This document shows, in pieces, positions 31,146 to 41,612 of a DNA stretch of 44,004 bases (positions are counted from its first letter, which is position 1; the number at the start of each line of letters is the position of its first letter). The position numbers were made by a program, and so were the translations under genes. Origin of the DNA: a virus (taxonomy: Duplodnaviria; Caudoviricetes); the IMG/VR virus record IMGVR_UViG_3300010223_000005, positions 1 to 44,004 of that record. One strand, written 5' to 3'. The notes under the pieces were generated by a model that saw only the letters and a list, made by a program, of their open reading frames with translations, ran no database searches and was not told the DNA's origin.

Positions 31146-33445
31146 AATTTTTTTAATCTTCTGAATAGTATCTCATAATAATCTACTGAAGAATTAACCG
31201 CTCCTGCAAGTTGAAGTCTCAAAGTTTTACCTCGTGCCCACTCACCACTTATATCCAATTTATCGTCCGTGCCTATAGTCGTTACTTCGCCACTCCCATT
31301 TAATGAGAAAGATTCAGTTACAGACCCATTCTTTTTAATGTATGCTTTGTAAAATTTTTTATCTTGTCCGGGTTCGCCAAAAGTAAACTCCGGCGAAGAA
31401 TAGAACCACATTCTACTTGGGTAATAAATCTTGTAATTATCCGAGCTACTCATGATATCTGCTGACAAAGTTAATTGAGTACTGCTATCGACAGAACTCA
31501 CGGTAGCAGAAGTATCTTTATCAAGGTTCACTACTCTCATCCCAGACGAAACGGTTGTCAAAAAATTCTCAGTTACATCTATCAATTTGTTAGTAGCAGC
31601 ACTTGTGGTCACCCCCGATTTGACTAATCCACTTTTGAAATTCAAAATTATTTTATTGTTGCCGCAAGTGTATGTCTCTCCATTTTTGCCCGTGAATGCG
31701 CCAGTGACACTTGAAGCCATTGGGGATATAAAATCCCACCTCTCTCTGACTACATGGAAACACATTGCCAGAATAGTAGAATAGAACATAACAATATTAT
31801 GTTCGGCATCAAAAATAACTTGATCGGGGGTATATATATCACCCATTATATTTTCTATCGGATCACTGATAGTTCTTAAATCATTCCCCAAAAACCTATA
31901 TGCTCTATTTGAATCAGCCCAGAACAGCCCGTAATCAGTAGCTACCCAACAAGTCTGAGACCTACACCCAGCCCCCTCTAAAGTGTCTTCTATAAACAAT
32001 CCTTCGGGGTTCACCACGTACGTTCGAGACTCATCCCATACAAATAATTTCCCTCCATACCCCGCCATCGCAACTGGTATGGTAGGCAATCTTAGAAAAT
32101 CTTTTGTCCAATCAAATATTGAGAACCTTCCTCTTTTAGACCTAACTAAAAAATGAGCCCCGTCAACAATTTGATCGCTTGGTAATACACAATCAGCTAC
32201 AAAATGATAATCGTTTACAGAAGTCCCAACCTTATAATCTATGCTTGTATCTTCAAGAGTTTCTGCTATCCCCGTCTGAGCCTCGTAAGAAGCACCCTCT
32301 ACTGAACCATCGTCTAAAAACGAGAACTGCAAATCTGCGGCATTACTTCTACCAAACCCGGAGTAAATAGTGTAAGCCTCACCGGAAGCCATAATATCCC
32401 CGCTAAGGGTAAGCTCGGTATCGCTGTCAACCGAGACTACGTTCGCTGAGGTTGTATCGGTTGAATTAAATACAAGATCGCCGACAGACACGGTGGTTAA
32501 AAAATTCTGCCCCAATTGGACTAACTTACCTACGCTTGTACTCGTGGCTGTACCGGAGTCTGCGACGGTTGTATCATTAATGTCTATTTCCTTAATCAAC
32601 CTAAAGAAGCCTCTATTAGAGAAAGTTCCGTCTGCAGATTTTGCTCTGTAAACTCTGACTCCGCTGATCCTCTTGTTGAAAGATGAAGGTGTTGAATACG
32701 CCGCAATTGCACTAACCCTGACAACTACCGATTGGGCACTCGTGGGGGCTTGATTCAAATCAGAAGCATAATACAGTGGACTTTCTTGGTAGCCGTCAAA
32801 TATCAAAGAGTAAGCCCAATAATATGTCGAGCCATCAAAAGAACTTGCGTGCGTAATTAAAAGAGGGTAAAGGACAAAACGCCCGCTAGCAATCCCATCA
32901 AAATGAAAATGTTCAACCTTTTGATCGTAAGTCAAAAACGAGGTAGCAGCAGCGTTCCCGAATTGTCCTTTATCTATATAACCCATCCAAGTCGAACCAG
33001 TTCCGCTGTAAGTACCCCCATATATTTCTTGGTTTCTTGTTACCATCGAATAAACAGCCCAAGAACCAGTTGCCGTTGTCGCACCCGGAGTTCCATAAAA
33101 ATCTTCTATATATCTTGATACAGACGCAGCACCCATATTGTAAACTAAAGTGAATTTCCCATCGTCTTTCTCTATCCATCCGAAAAAATCTCTGCCATTA
33201 TAATTATAAGAACCAGTCAATTTGTCCTCTGGGCTCGGCATCCCTATTAGTTTACCGCTTGCATTGGGGTCAATATTAACCGTTATCCCATTAGTGATAT
33301 TGGGGGCAAGAAGACAAGCATCATCCGGTAAATCCGTAGGGGCAACATTGGAGATTATGCCTCTGTCGAAACTGCTTACACTTTTGGTCTCTTTAGGCAT
33401 CTTCCATCCGAATAACTTGCAAATAATCTTTATTAACCATATCAC
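31142..33445 (-). CDS. Tail nozzle / packaged-DNA stabilisation protein (podovirus gp10/TTPB-like)
   Basis: N-terminal F.RGI....P..LP, beta-propeller-like middle, C-terminal FTFGEPGQDKKF; synteny. Confidence 0.7.
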   Translation of the reverse strand: MIWLIKIICKLFGWKMPKETKSVSSFDRGIISNVAPTDLPDDACLLAPNITNGITVNIDPNASGKLIGMPSPEDKLTGSYNYNGRDFFGWIEKDDGKFTLVYNMGAASVSRYIEDFYGTPGATTATGSWAVYSMVTRNQEIYGGTYSGTGSTWMGYIDKGQFGNAAATSFLTYDQKVEHFHFDGIASGRFVLYPLLITHASSFDGSTYYWAYSLIFDGYQESPLYYASDLNQAPTSAQSVVVRVSAIAAYSTPSSFNKRISGVRVYRAKSADGTFSNRGFFRLIKEIDINDTTVADSGTATSTSVGKLVQLGQNFLTTVSVGDLVFNSTDTTSANVVSVDSDTELTLSGDIMASGEAYTIYSGFGRSNAADLQFSFLDDGSVEGASYEAQTGIAETLEDTSIDYKVGTSVNDYHFVADCVLPSDQIVDGAHFLVRSKRGRFSIFDWTKDFLRLPTIPVAMAGYGGKLFVWDESRTYVVNPEGLFIEDTLEGAGCRSQTCWVATDYGLFWADSNRAYRFLGNDLRTISDPIENIMGDIYTPDQVIFDAEHNIVMFYSTILAMCFHVVRERWDFISPMASSVTGAFTGKNGETYTCGNNKIILNFKSGLVKSGVTTSAATNKLIDVTENFLTTVSSGMRVVNLDKDTSATVSSVDSSTQLTLSADIMSSSDNYKIYYPSRMWFYSSPEFTFGEPGQDKKFYKAYIKKNGSVTESFSLNGSGEVTTIGTDDKLDISGEWARGKTLRLQLAGAVNSSVDYYEILFRRLKKL

Positions 33446-34140
33446 AAACTCGCTCCAGAAAGACTGACATCCGCCGTTGGTTTTTGATGTTTCCTTGTGT
33501 GAAGCCTTCCGGCAAAATCATAGTTCAATGCTTGGACTCCTCTGTAATCATAATTCATATTTATTTTTTTCCTTGTTTTCCTTAGCCCGTCTTGATACCT
33601 TTGTGCGTGGAATATCACCGCATTAAAATTTACTCCGCTTACCGGATTCCCGCCTCTATCAATAAAATTAACCGGATTAGCAGAATATAAACTCGCCAAT
33701 ACATCTTCTTTTAAGTAATCTCTGAATTCTTCATCTATTGAAAAACTGCTCCCCTCTGCTGTTATGTCGGTGGGGGATTTATAATAAACTATCTGCACGG
33801 AATCAATTTCAGTCGGGAGTTCGGATTCTAATTCTTCGCCGGTAATGGTATGAAAATAAATATAATCACCGTCTATAATTGCATCGACCCCTATTGTAGT
33901 TTCTTCATAAATAGGATAACCATCATCGTCATAGTAATTTACTTCTTTCAGTCCTCTGAAATCAGCCGGTAAAGTCCATTTAATATAAGTGTCTATGTCT
34001 GAAAGTTCTCCAATCGCCGTTAAGATTTTTGTTTCATCTACAAATTTTTTCTGAGACGTATCAAATTGTTTGATTATCTCAGTCTTGCGGACAGTTGGGA
34101 ATAACTTCTGTACTGATTCTATATAAGGTAATAAATCCAT
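33442..34140 (-). CDS. Head-tail adaptor / tail tubular protein A-like
   Basis: LPADF, YY..P..I, I.EEF pattern; synteny. Confidence 0.65.
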   Translation of the reverse strand: MDLLPYIESVQKLFPTVRKTEIIKQFDTSQKKFVDETKILTAIGELSDIDTYIKWTLPADFRGLKEVNYYDDDGYPIYEETTIGVDAIIDGDYIYFHTITGEELESELPTEIDSVQIVYYKSPTDITAEGSSFSIDEEFRDYLKEDVLASLYSANPVNFIDRGGNPVSGVNFNAVIFHAQRYQDGLRKTRKKINMNYDYRGVQALNYDFAGRLHTRKHQKPTADVSLSGASL

Positions 34141-34661
34141 TATACCCCCGCTACCATTACATTGACTTTAGCATAAAACAATGGGGGGTTGTGCGCATAA
34201 TTGGCTTTTATTAAAACCTTAGATGCGGATATTGACCCGGCGATTGGGATTGCAATACCTTCGCCTATTTTTAGCCTCGCCAATTCAACATAGTAACTTG
34301 AACCCGTGCCGCCGGATGCCTCAACTGCCAACCTCACATAATTGTACCCAGCGATGGTTTTGCCATCAAGATATTCTACGGCTACTGCACGTATATTGTT
34401 GGGCAATGTCCCTCCCGTTACACTCGATAATTCAGTCCACCCCGAATCATTCAGACCATCGTAGCTGTTGCTTGATATATAGGCGTTCTCCCAATAGGCT
34501 ATATCGTTTTCTGTGTATGACATATCCCCAATCACGCCGCCAAAGGCTCTTTTTGCATTCTTATCTACCTCATAATCAGAATAAGACTCGCCCCCTATTG
34601 TGCCGTCATTTTCTATTCTCGGTAATACTTTAGTATAAAATATTGGTCTATGCGTTGCCAT
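34140..34661 (-). CDS. Putative virion structural protein
   Basis: ORF track; beta-rich; in the structural operon. Confidence 0.65.
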   Translation of the reverse strand: MATHRPIFYTKVLPRIENDGTIGGESYSDYEVDKNAKRAFGGVIGDMSYTENDIAYWENAYISSNSYDGLNDSGWTELSSVTGGTLPNNIRAVAVEYLDGKTIAGYNYVRLAVEASGGTGSSYYVELARLKIGEGIAIPIAGSISASKVLIKANYAHNPPLFYAKVNVMVAGV

Positions 34662-36720
34662 ATTTAACTCCGGTGTAACTTGTTAATAGGGTGTTATATT
34701 CGTTTGTCACGGCAGTTAAAACTCCTAAATAATTTTGCGCTTGGTTAGAATACATTTGTATGTCTGTAGCGTAAGCATTAACTTCCGAAGCATATAAATT
34801 TATTTCGTTTTGGAACTTCCCTAAACTTGATGAATACTCAGATATTTGCTCCTCCAAGTCTTTAGCCTTGTTGGCTAAGTCTATATTATCCGCTCTTTGA
34901 GCATCATCTAAAAGCTTCTGTTGTAATAGTCTTGCATTTTCTAATTTCTCGTTTACTCTTGCTTGATAAATAGATAAATCTTTGTTAAATCTGTTGGCTT
35001 CGTTCTGAATATCTGCTTGGTATTGCTGAAGTAGCGTTTGCCTATCTACCGTCCACTTACTGACATTAGCGTTGAATTCTTCTACTTCCGATCTTACTTC
35101 TTGCCCGTAGCTGTTGATTTCGTTTGAAAACTTATTTAGTCCGGCATTATATTCAGATATCTGTTTTTCTAAAGCCTTTGCTTTATTGGCTAAATCTATG
35201 TTATCTTGTCTTTCCGCATCGGCTAATAATTTCTGTTGGAGCAGTTGACCATTGTTAATAGCTGTTTGGACTTCAGCCTTATATTCTTCTAAGCTATCTT
35301 GAAAAGCATTAAAAGCATTCTGAATATCTAATTGGTATTGTCTTATAACTGCTTCTATTTGTGCAGTGTAAGAAGATATATTCGCTGTGTACTCGCCGAT
35401 CTCATTATTTACGGTTGCAGAGTAACTTTGGACTTCGTTTCTGTATCTTTCTAATGATAGTTGATACTCACTTATTAAAGCTGCTTTCTGCTCGTAAGCA
35501 TTTTTAAGGTTTAAGTCTGTTGTAGCTTGTGATTTTGAAATTTCGTTTTGTGCTGCGTGTCTTGCGTCTTCAATAGACCTTTCAAGTTCTGCTCTGTATG
35601 CTGCCAATTCTTTATTAAATTCGTTTAATTCTTGTTGAATATCAGAATTATACAAATTTAACAATTGGACTTGTCTTGAGATTTCTGTTTGTGCTTTTTC
35701 TAAATCTTCGTCTGTGTCTATGAATGTATAAGTATCTGACGAATCCGATAAATCTAATCCCGAAGGAACGGCAACTTTTGTATAGACTGGTGGAGTCGTA
35801 GTAAATGTAAGTGATTGTTCTGTGAATGTGCCCGCATTTGCATTAGTATAAGTTATCACCGGAGGACTCGGAGGTGTCGGTGCAGATGCGCTGACAGTCA
35901 AACCGCCTAAACTCCATACTGGTATTGACTCCATTGAAGGACTTGTATATACCGGTGGCGTTATGCCCGATAAACTTATGCTTGTCGTAGTTACTACAGT
36001 TCCAAAGGCATCCGTATAAGTAAACGAAGGTGCATCCGGGGCTGTCGGGGCTGAAGCACTTATACTTAAATCGCTTGGTACGCTCGGCAAACTCATAACT
36101 GGGCTTGTATATACTGGCAGTGTCAAATCCGAAATACTAATAGTCGTAACTGTGACCGTAGTCCCCGAAGCATCTGTATATGTGAATGAGGGTGCATTCG
36201 GAGCGGTTGGTGCTGTTGGTAAAGTCCCACTACTAATATTAGAAGTTGCACTTGCTAATAGATAGACACAAGCTTGCTTGGTTGCCCAAAGAACTACTAA
36301 GTGTTCCATTTCTGTAGGGAATCCAGATATACTTGTGTCTTTGTAGGTAACGGTAGGATAAGCAACATAGACTATCGAACCGCCACCAGGCAACACAAAT
36401 ATCTTAGCTCCCTTCTTTGTCCATACGGGGTCGGTAGCTAAAGCATAATAAATCGAACTCGAATTGCTCGCTTGGGAATAAAGACCGGGACTGACATAAG
36501 CAGCCCCGTAATTACTTTTATGGACTCTTAGGACTTTCTTACCCAATACACTATACCCATCCGTCCCATTGTCAGTACCTTCGGTGGCTATATCTTCTAA
36601 CTTATCATAAGGGATAAGTTCAATTAACTGTTTAGCTCCGGCAGTCAGCCAATCGGTTAATGCATTAGTATCAGCGAAAGTCCCTACATAATCCTCTATT
36701 CTTGATTGCAAGGTTGACAT
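34648..36720 (-). CDS. Adaptor-like virion protein with triplicated Pro/Thr strand and triplicated coiled coil (690 aa)
   Basis: N-terminal adaptor-like region (P...EHLVVLWA); internal repeats visible in the translation. Confidence 0.7.
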   Translation of the reverse strand: MSTLQSRIEDYVGTFADTNALTDWLTAGAKQLIELIPYDKLEDIATEGTDNGTDGYSVLGKKVLRVHKSNYGAAYVSPGLYSQASNSSSIYYALATDPVWTKKGAKIFVLPGGGSIVYVAYPTVTYKDTSISGFPTEMEHLVVLWATKQACVYLLASATSNISSGTLPTAPTAPNAPSFTYTDASGTTVTVTTISISDLTLPVYTSPVMSLPSVPSDLSISASAPTAPDAPSFTYTDAFGTVVTTTSISLSGITPPVYTSPSMESIPVWSLGGLTVSASAPTPPSPPVITYTNANAGTFTEQSLTFTTTPPVYTKVAVPSGLDLSDSSDTYTFIDTDEDLEKAQTEISRQVQLLNLYNSDIQQELNEFNKELAAYRAELERSIEDARHAAQNEISKSQATTDLNLKNAYEQKAALISEYQLSLERYRNEVQSYSATVNNEIGEYTANISSYTAQIEAVIRQYQLDIQNAFNAFQDSLEEYKAEVQTAINNGQLLQQKLLADAERQDNIDLANKAKALEKQISEYNAGLNKFSNEINSYGQEVRSEVEEFNANVSKWTVDRQTLLQQYQADIQNEANRFNKDLSIYQARVNEKLENARLLQQKLLDDAQRADNIDLANKAKDLEEQISEYSSSLGKFQNEINLYASEVNAYATDIQMYSNQAQNYLGVLTAVTNEYNTLLTSYTGVKYGNA

Positions 36721-36721
36721 T

Positions 36722-36940
36722 TTAAGACGCTACCGATACACCAGTTGTCGCAAATGTCGGGACTGAGCCGGCAACACGAATACCAACAGCAGCCTCAGCC
36801 ATTTTTGTGAAATCGAATACCGCACAATCTTGCAGACAAAGTGTGCCCTCAGTTTGAGCCGCTCCAAATCCAACTGCGTGTGCTGGTGTAGCCGCACTCA
36901 AGGCGTTATTTACAAAAGTGCAATTTTTCATCAAGAGCAT
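36722..36940 (-). CDS. Short structural-module protein, possibly a truncated beta-helix protein
   Basis: AAGGAG RBS; begins with MKNCTFVN. Confidence 0.55.
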   Translation of the reverse strand: MLLMKNCTFVNNALSAATPAHAVGFGAAQTEGTLCLQDCAVFDFTKMAEAAVGIRVAGSVPTFATTGVSVAS

Positions 36941-36980
36941 TCTCCTTTATAGGGACATTTCTGCCTTGAGGAATTTCACC

Positions 36981-37199
36981 TCAACTTACCCGTTTTAATT
37001 TGTGTGTAACCGAATTACCATTAGGAATTATCTCTATGACTTCGTAACCTTTAGACTGATACTTTTCAGTCTCGGATAAGTCAACTTCGATAAATTCCGG
37101 CTCTGAACCGGCTTCTTCGATTTTCTTTTTTAATGTTTCTTCTTTCATCAAATGAGGGTTTTTAATCCCCATTTCTTTTGCCTTTTCTACTAAAGACAT
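36981..37199 (-). CDS. Small protein with HeH/Rho-N-like N-terminus
   Basis: LVEKAKEMGIK...MKEETLKKKIEE; follows the MCP. Confidence 0.65.
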   Translation of the reverse strand: MSLVEKAKEMGIKNPHLMKEETLKKKIEEAGSEPEFIEVDLSETEKYQSKGYEVIEIIPNGNSVTHKLKRVS

Positions 37200-37213
37200 T
37201 TTACCTCCTTAAA

Positions 37214-37236
37214 ATAAGGGGCATTACGCCCCTATT
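37214..37236 (-). terminator. Terminator after the major capsid gene
   Basis: AGGGGC-GTAAT-GCCCCT followed by TATTTT. Confidence 0.65.
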
Positions 37237-37237
37237 G

Positions 37238-38221
37238 TTAAGATGTTGGTGCGTTTGAACCTACCCAGTATCTAAAGTCATTGACTTCAATACCGAATCT
37301 CGCCACTACATCAGCCCTATAACCTTTGGTCTTCGGGTCTTGGTAGAAGTCAAAGGTCAATGGTTGTCTATTGTAGAAGCGTATTCCTCTCTTAGCATAT
37401 CCCAAAGCCCAGAAAGTAGGAGTGTCTAAAAATCTCCACTCTACTGGCTTTAGCATATTGTTGATAGTGTTTATGTCGTTCTGAGCACTACCCACTTGAA
37501 GTTCGGTCTCTAAGAGTTTCTTAACTGTCCATCTCTGAGAAGGATGGTACAACAGAACATCGGGCTTAATTATGACTTTCTGACCTCTGGAATTGACGGC
37601 ATTAGTAATAGTCATTAAATCATAAGCCGTTTGAACGTTGGTCTCGGTCAATGGTAATGCCACTGCATTGTAATAAGCAGCAGTTCCATTGGGGACTAAC
37701 GCTCTTAGATTCCCGCTTAAATTGAAGAATGGTTTCCCATCATAGCAAAGATTACCACTTGGGTCTGTCTCTCCGGCAGCACTACCATTGAAAATCGAAT
37801 GCCCGGCGGTATAGCCTCCGTAGTTAAATACATTCGCAGCAAGGTCTTCTTTAGTCTGGTTATAACCAGTCAGCCAAGTAGCAGCCATATCAGTAACTAA
37901 GTTGTAGATTTTACTCTCGGTCATATCATCGACATTCTGTTTCGAGAACATTAAACCGTCAGTAAACGTCAACCATTTACTGTGAACCGTCCAACCTTCG
38001 CCTACTTTAGAGTAAGTGATTTCTTCGCCTTCGCCGGTTTCTTTTAAGTTACCAGCACCTACGACTGTCGTACGTTTATTGTAAGCACCTTCAGCTTCTT
38101 TTTCCTCGAACAGTTGGGGATAAACAAGTTTTTCATCCTCGTATTTTTGATTTTCGAGAATGTAATCGTACATATCTCTTTTCATACCCTCAACAAATTC
38201 ATATCTTAATTGTTCAGCCAT
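37238..38221 (-). CDS. Major capsid protein (HK97 fold, Mu gpT-like)
   Basis: 327 aa; EGEEI.Y, DGKPFF, P..L..P, R.G....DFR; follows scaffold and decoration genes. Confidence 0.85.
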   Translation of the reverse strand: MAEQLRYEFVEGMKRDMYDYILENQKYEDEKLVYPQLFEEKEAEGAYNKRTTVVGAGNLKETGEGEEITYSKVGEGWTVHSKWLTFTDGLMFSKQNVDDMTESKIYNLVTDMAATWLTGYNQTKEDLAANVFNYGGYTAGHSIFNGSAAGETDPSGNLCYDGKPFFNLSGNLRALVPNGTAAYYNAVALPLTETNVQTAYDLMTITNAVNSRGQKVIIKPDVLLYHPSQRWTVKKLLETELQVGSAQNDINTINNMLKPVEWRFLDTPTFWALGYAKRGIRFYNRQPLTFDFYQDPKTKGYRADVVARFGIEVNDFRYWVGSNAPTS

Positions 38222-38232
38222 TTCTTACCTCC

Positions 38233-38718
38233 TTATGTAACAGCTTGTCGCTTAGCTGAATTGATTCGGACGACAACATCAGTAGCTGCTCCGCCATATT
38301 TAGTACCAAGTGCCTCGATTACGAGAACATCAGTTGTGCTTGTTCCTACATCTACAGTAGTAGCTGTACCGTCATTGACTGCGATTATGTCACAAGCATC
38401 TCCTACCATCGCTTGTGTAACCGTGTCATCTGCCGGCAGTAAGAACAACGCATCGGGGTCAGTAACAACAAAAATTTCGTCTGCACCAGCCGTCGCACTC
38501 GACAACCAATAAGCATCACTTGAACCAGCCCCACGACCTTTAGGGACAACTGCATAACCGAATAGATAAGCTGTGTTTGTGACAGCTTTAGTAACGTGCC
38601 CGCTTGCGTCTAAATAGACCATATTCTCACCTTCGTGGTAAAAATATTGACTTGCGGCTACGGGGTACCAAGCACCTCTCTTATCATCGGCAATGCTCCC
38701 ATATTTTAAACTTGCCAT
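38233..38718 (-). CDS. Capsid decoration/cement protein
   Basis: Small Ala/Val/Gly/Thr-rich beta protein directly before the MCP. Confidence 0.65.
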   Translation of the reverse strand: MASLKYGSIADDKRGAWYPVAASQYFYHEGENMVYLDASGHVTKAVTNTAYLFGYAVVPKGRGAGSSDAYWLSSATAGADEIFVVTDPDALFLLPADDTVTQAMVGDACDIIAVNDGTATTVDVGTSTTDVLVIEALGTKYGGAATDVVVRINSAKRQAVT

Positions 38719-38727
38719 TTTTTCTCC

Positions 38728-39477
38728 TTAAACTTTTCCGTATTTTTCTTTTAATTCTAAATAACTTTCGTCTGATAGATTTAACATTCTTGCTCTTTTC
38801 CTATCTGAGTCAGTCATACTATTTACGTGTTTCCCCGAATTCACTCCCGGAGGCGGAGGCGATTTTGCCTTGTCTCTCTTTTGGACTAAATCACGGGTTT
38901 TGGGATCAACTTTACTTAAAGCCCGTATCATAGTTACAAAGTCCTCTGACTTGAGTTCATTGAATTTCTGTGTCCCGAAAGTTTCCCATATTTGCACGGA
39001 TTCTTCAACGGTAGCTCCAGCCTTCTGCAATGAGCCGAGTATTTCAGTTTTCTTTTGTTCGTATTGAACTTTCTCAGCCTCGATACGTTCTTTTTCTTTA
39101 AGTTTCTCCTCTAAAGACTTTGCGTGAGTTTCAATATTTTTAATTTTGTTTAAGAGTTGTTTCTCTTTGTATTCTTCCGCTTTGACACGATAATTATAAG
39201 AACTACTCTTGGGATCATTAAAAGCATCGAACTCATCATAGTCTGATGGTTTTTCCGGAGGCTTTTCATCGGGTATCAGTTTAGACTGAAGCTCATTCAT
39301 TCTCGCTTCATATTCAGCTTTGGTCTCATTGATTTTCCTATCATAGAAACTCTGCTGATCGGCTAAACGTTTTTCCATTATTTTAAGTTTTTCCTCCAGC
39401 TCTGCACCTTCTTTATAGTCAAATCGGGGTGCTCCCTCGACTTCTTCTTGGTGTTCCTTTTGGGAATCAAGTGTCAT
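38728..39477 (-). CDS. Scaffolding protein
   Basis: Highly charged coiled coil; C-terminal A..L.LS.E.Y; between portal and capsid genes. Confidence 0.7.
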   Translation of the reverse strand: MTLDSQKEHQEEVEGAPRFDYKEGAELEEKLKIMEKRLADQQSFYDRKINETKAEYEARMNELQSKLIPDEKPPEKPSDYDEFDAFNDPKSSSYNYRVKAEEYKEKQLLNKIKNIETHAKSLEEKLKEKERIEAEKVQYEQKKTEILGSLQKAGATVEESVQIWETFGTQKFNELKSEDFVTMIRALSKVDPKTRDLVQKRDKAKSPPPPGVNSGKHVNSMTDSDRKRARMLNLSDESYLELKEKYGKV

Positions 39478-41612
39478 ATTTTCTCCTTCTCGTTTTGAGG
39501 TAAGGCGTTTAGTTTTTCTGAAATTCTATCAACTTGTGATTTAATGTTCAGTTTAAATCTTTCCAATTCTGATTTAGTTTTCTGTATGTCAACTTTCTCA
39601 TTAGCTTGGATTACTTCTCTACTCTTAGATTGAAGCTGTCCTTCTAAGTTTTTGATTTGCTGTTCAAGGGCTTTCACTATCCCGGTCAATTGATTTATGG
39701 TATCTTCCCTCTCTAATATATCTTCTGCATTAGGCAATTCTGATTCTCTAATTATGAACGATTTATCTTGGAGTATTCCTAATTTATATAATTCTAAATA
39801 ATAATCTGCCCGTCCCCATCTATTAGACGGGAGCATAGAGCCGCTTATAATTTTTATGTCATAATGATTATTAACTACGTCGTTTATAATTTCAGAGCCG
39901 TTATATTTATTTATGGTTGAGAACCTCGTTTTATGATTAGGTTCTACAACTCTGATTATTTTTTCTTCTGTATATACGTGGGGGATCAGTTCAGTTATCG
40001 GTTTGGCTAATTGATTAAGTGCTTCTTCAATGTCGTCTCTCTTAGACCTTGAGCGTCTTTGCCCCATTTCGTCAACCAATAAAGTCCCCCTTGCCGTTGG
40101 CGGGGCTTGTGTAACGTCTCCGCTTTGGAATGCGAATGCTCCTAATTCTCTTTGGATTTCCTCTATGTAGTTTTGCCTCATTATATAGACTTCATTAGCC
40201 AAAGGAGGCGGGACTGCGAACTGAATGCCCGGTGAACCATCTTCTGCGTGATAGAAGAATACTTGTGATCCCGGTTTATTATACCGCTTTTTCAAATCAT
40301 CTTTATCTACAAAGCCTTCGGGAACAAATACTTTCATATTCGCCGAGTTCATTGCGTGAGTGATTATAATAGATTCGACTTTATTTAACTGCTCTACTAA
40401 ACTCTTGCACATTCTTACATCCCCGTAAGCATAGGGATTTCTATTATGGTGCAGCATAAAAGTAACAATAGGATAATTTTCTATCGGCATTATTTCTTGA
40501 TGAAAGAGCTTATTACCGATTGTCATCACTCTTTTGATTCTTGGTTTAGGAACTTCATTAACTATAATAATATCATTGTCGATCAAATCTTTAATAGTAG
40601 TAGGTTCAAGTCTAACCACGACTCCCAAAGGAGTCCCATCCTCCAGATATTCTACTGCTGTAGGCAGTCCATTCTCCGGGGAAATCATATATTCGTTACC
40701 TATCACGTCTATTATTTTAAGTAATTCTCTTACTTCGGTTTGGTTTGTTGTATAGGTAGTTTCGCCGTTTGAATGGACTGACGTTACCGCAATTCTTTCT
40801 AAATATTCTTTATAATCTTCTTCTGGCAACACCGCTTCATAGCCACTGAATTTATCAAACAAATGATAGTAAGGGACTCTAATTTTAGTGTATCGGTCTA
40901 TTACATCATAAATCTTAGATTTTTTATCGGTAAATTGATTAAATCTGTTGACGTTTAATGTTTGATCGTTTTCTTCAGAGCGAAGGTGTCTGACGTGGTG
41001 GTTATCTTGTGTTGACTCAGCCCCCTCAAAATCAAAATCCGGATAATAATTTTCTATTTGTCTTTGGGAGTACTGTTGGACTGTGAATATATGGGCGGCG
41101 TCACTTGAATCGGGTTCTCTTGAATTAGGGTCAATAAATAGATCTTGCGGGTCTATATCTTTTATTAAGATTTCGCCTTTACCGTTATCAGCGGTCCAAT
41201 CTACATAAGCCATCAAAGCGCCGATACCGACTATTTCATAATCTTTAATAGCTCTTTTTAATATTCTATTACCGTTTGAAATGTCCCAAATATAACTAAA
41301 CAAATCCGCATAAGTCCCGGCTAAACTAACGTCTGAATTTTCCCTTGCGGTGGCGGAGAATCTTGGCTTATTGGCTGTGAGTTGAGCGACTAATTGGCTT
41401 ATGCCATCTTTCAAGGCGTTTATGCTTGGAACTGGTACGTTATTTTTCTTCAAAGCTTCTGCGTCACCTTGCGTGAAGATAGCACCATTTTCAAAAGCAA
41501 TATCGTCAGCAGCTTGGGCAGCCCACTTATACCTATCGGTGGTTTTGTACTCTAAGAATAAATCCTTATTAAATTTAGCTTCATTTTCTATATTCATACC
41601 ATTCCCATCCAA
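39474..41612 (-). CDS. Portal protein (P22-like, C-terminal coiled-coil barrel)
   Basis: 712 aa after TerL; IDP.S...D.SDA, YPIV, QLNK..S motifs. Confidence 0.88.
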   Translation of the reverse strand: MDGNGMNIENEAKFNKDLFLEYKTTDRYKWAAQAADDIAFENGAIFTQGDAEALKKNNVPVPSINALKDGISQLVAQLTANKPRFSATARENSDVSLAGTYADLFSYIWDISNGNRILKRAIKDYEIVGIGALMAYVDWTADNGKGEILIKDIDPQDLFIDPNSREPDSSDAAHIFTVQQYSQRQIENYYPDFDFEGAESTQDNHHVRHLRSEENDQTLNVNRFNQFTDKKSKIYDVIDRYTKIRVPYYHLFDKFSGYEAVLPEEDYKEYLERIAVTSVHSNGETTYTTNQTEVRELLKIIDVIGNEYMISPENGLPTAVEYLEDGTPLGVVVRLEPTTIKDLIDNDIIIVNEVPKPRIKRVMTIGNKLFHQEIMPIENYPIVTFMLHHNRNPYAYGDVRMCKSLVEQLNKVESIIITHAMNSANMKVFVPEGFVDKDDLKKRYNKPGSQVFFYHAEDGSPGIQFAVPPPLANEVYIMRQNYIEEIQRELGAFAFQSGDVTQAPPTARGTLLVDEMGQRRSRSKRDDIEEALNQLAKPITELIPHVYTEEKIIRVVEPNHKTRFSTINKYNGSEIINDVVNNHYDIKIISGSMLPSNRWGRADYYLELYKLGILQDKSFIIRESELPNAEDILEREDTINQLTGIVKALEQQIKNLEGQLQSKSREVIQANEKVDIQKTKSELERFKLNIKSQVDRISEKLNALPQNEKEKI

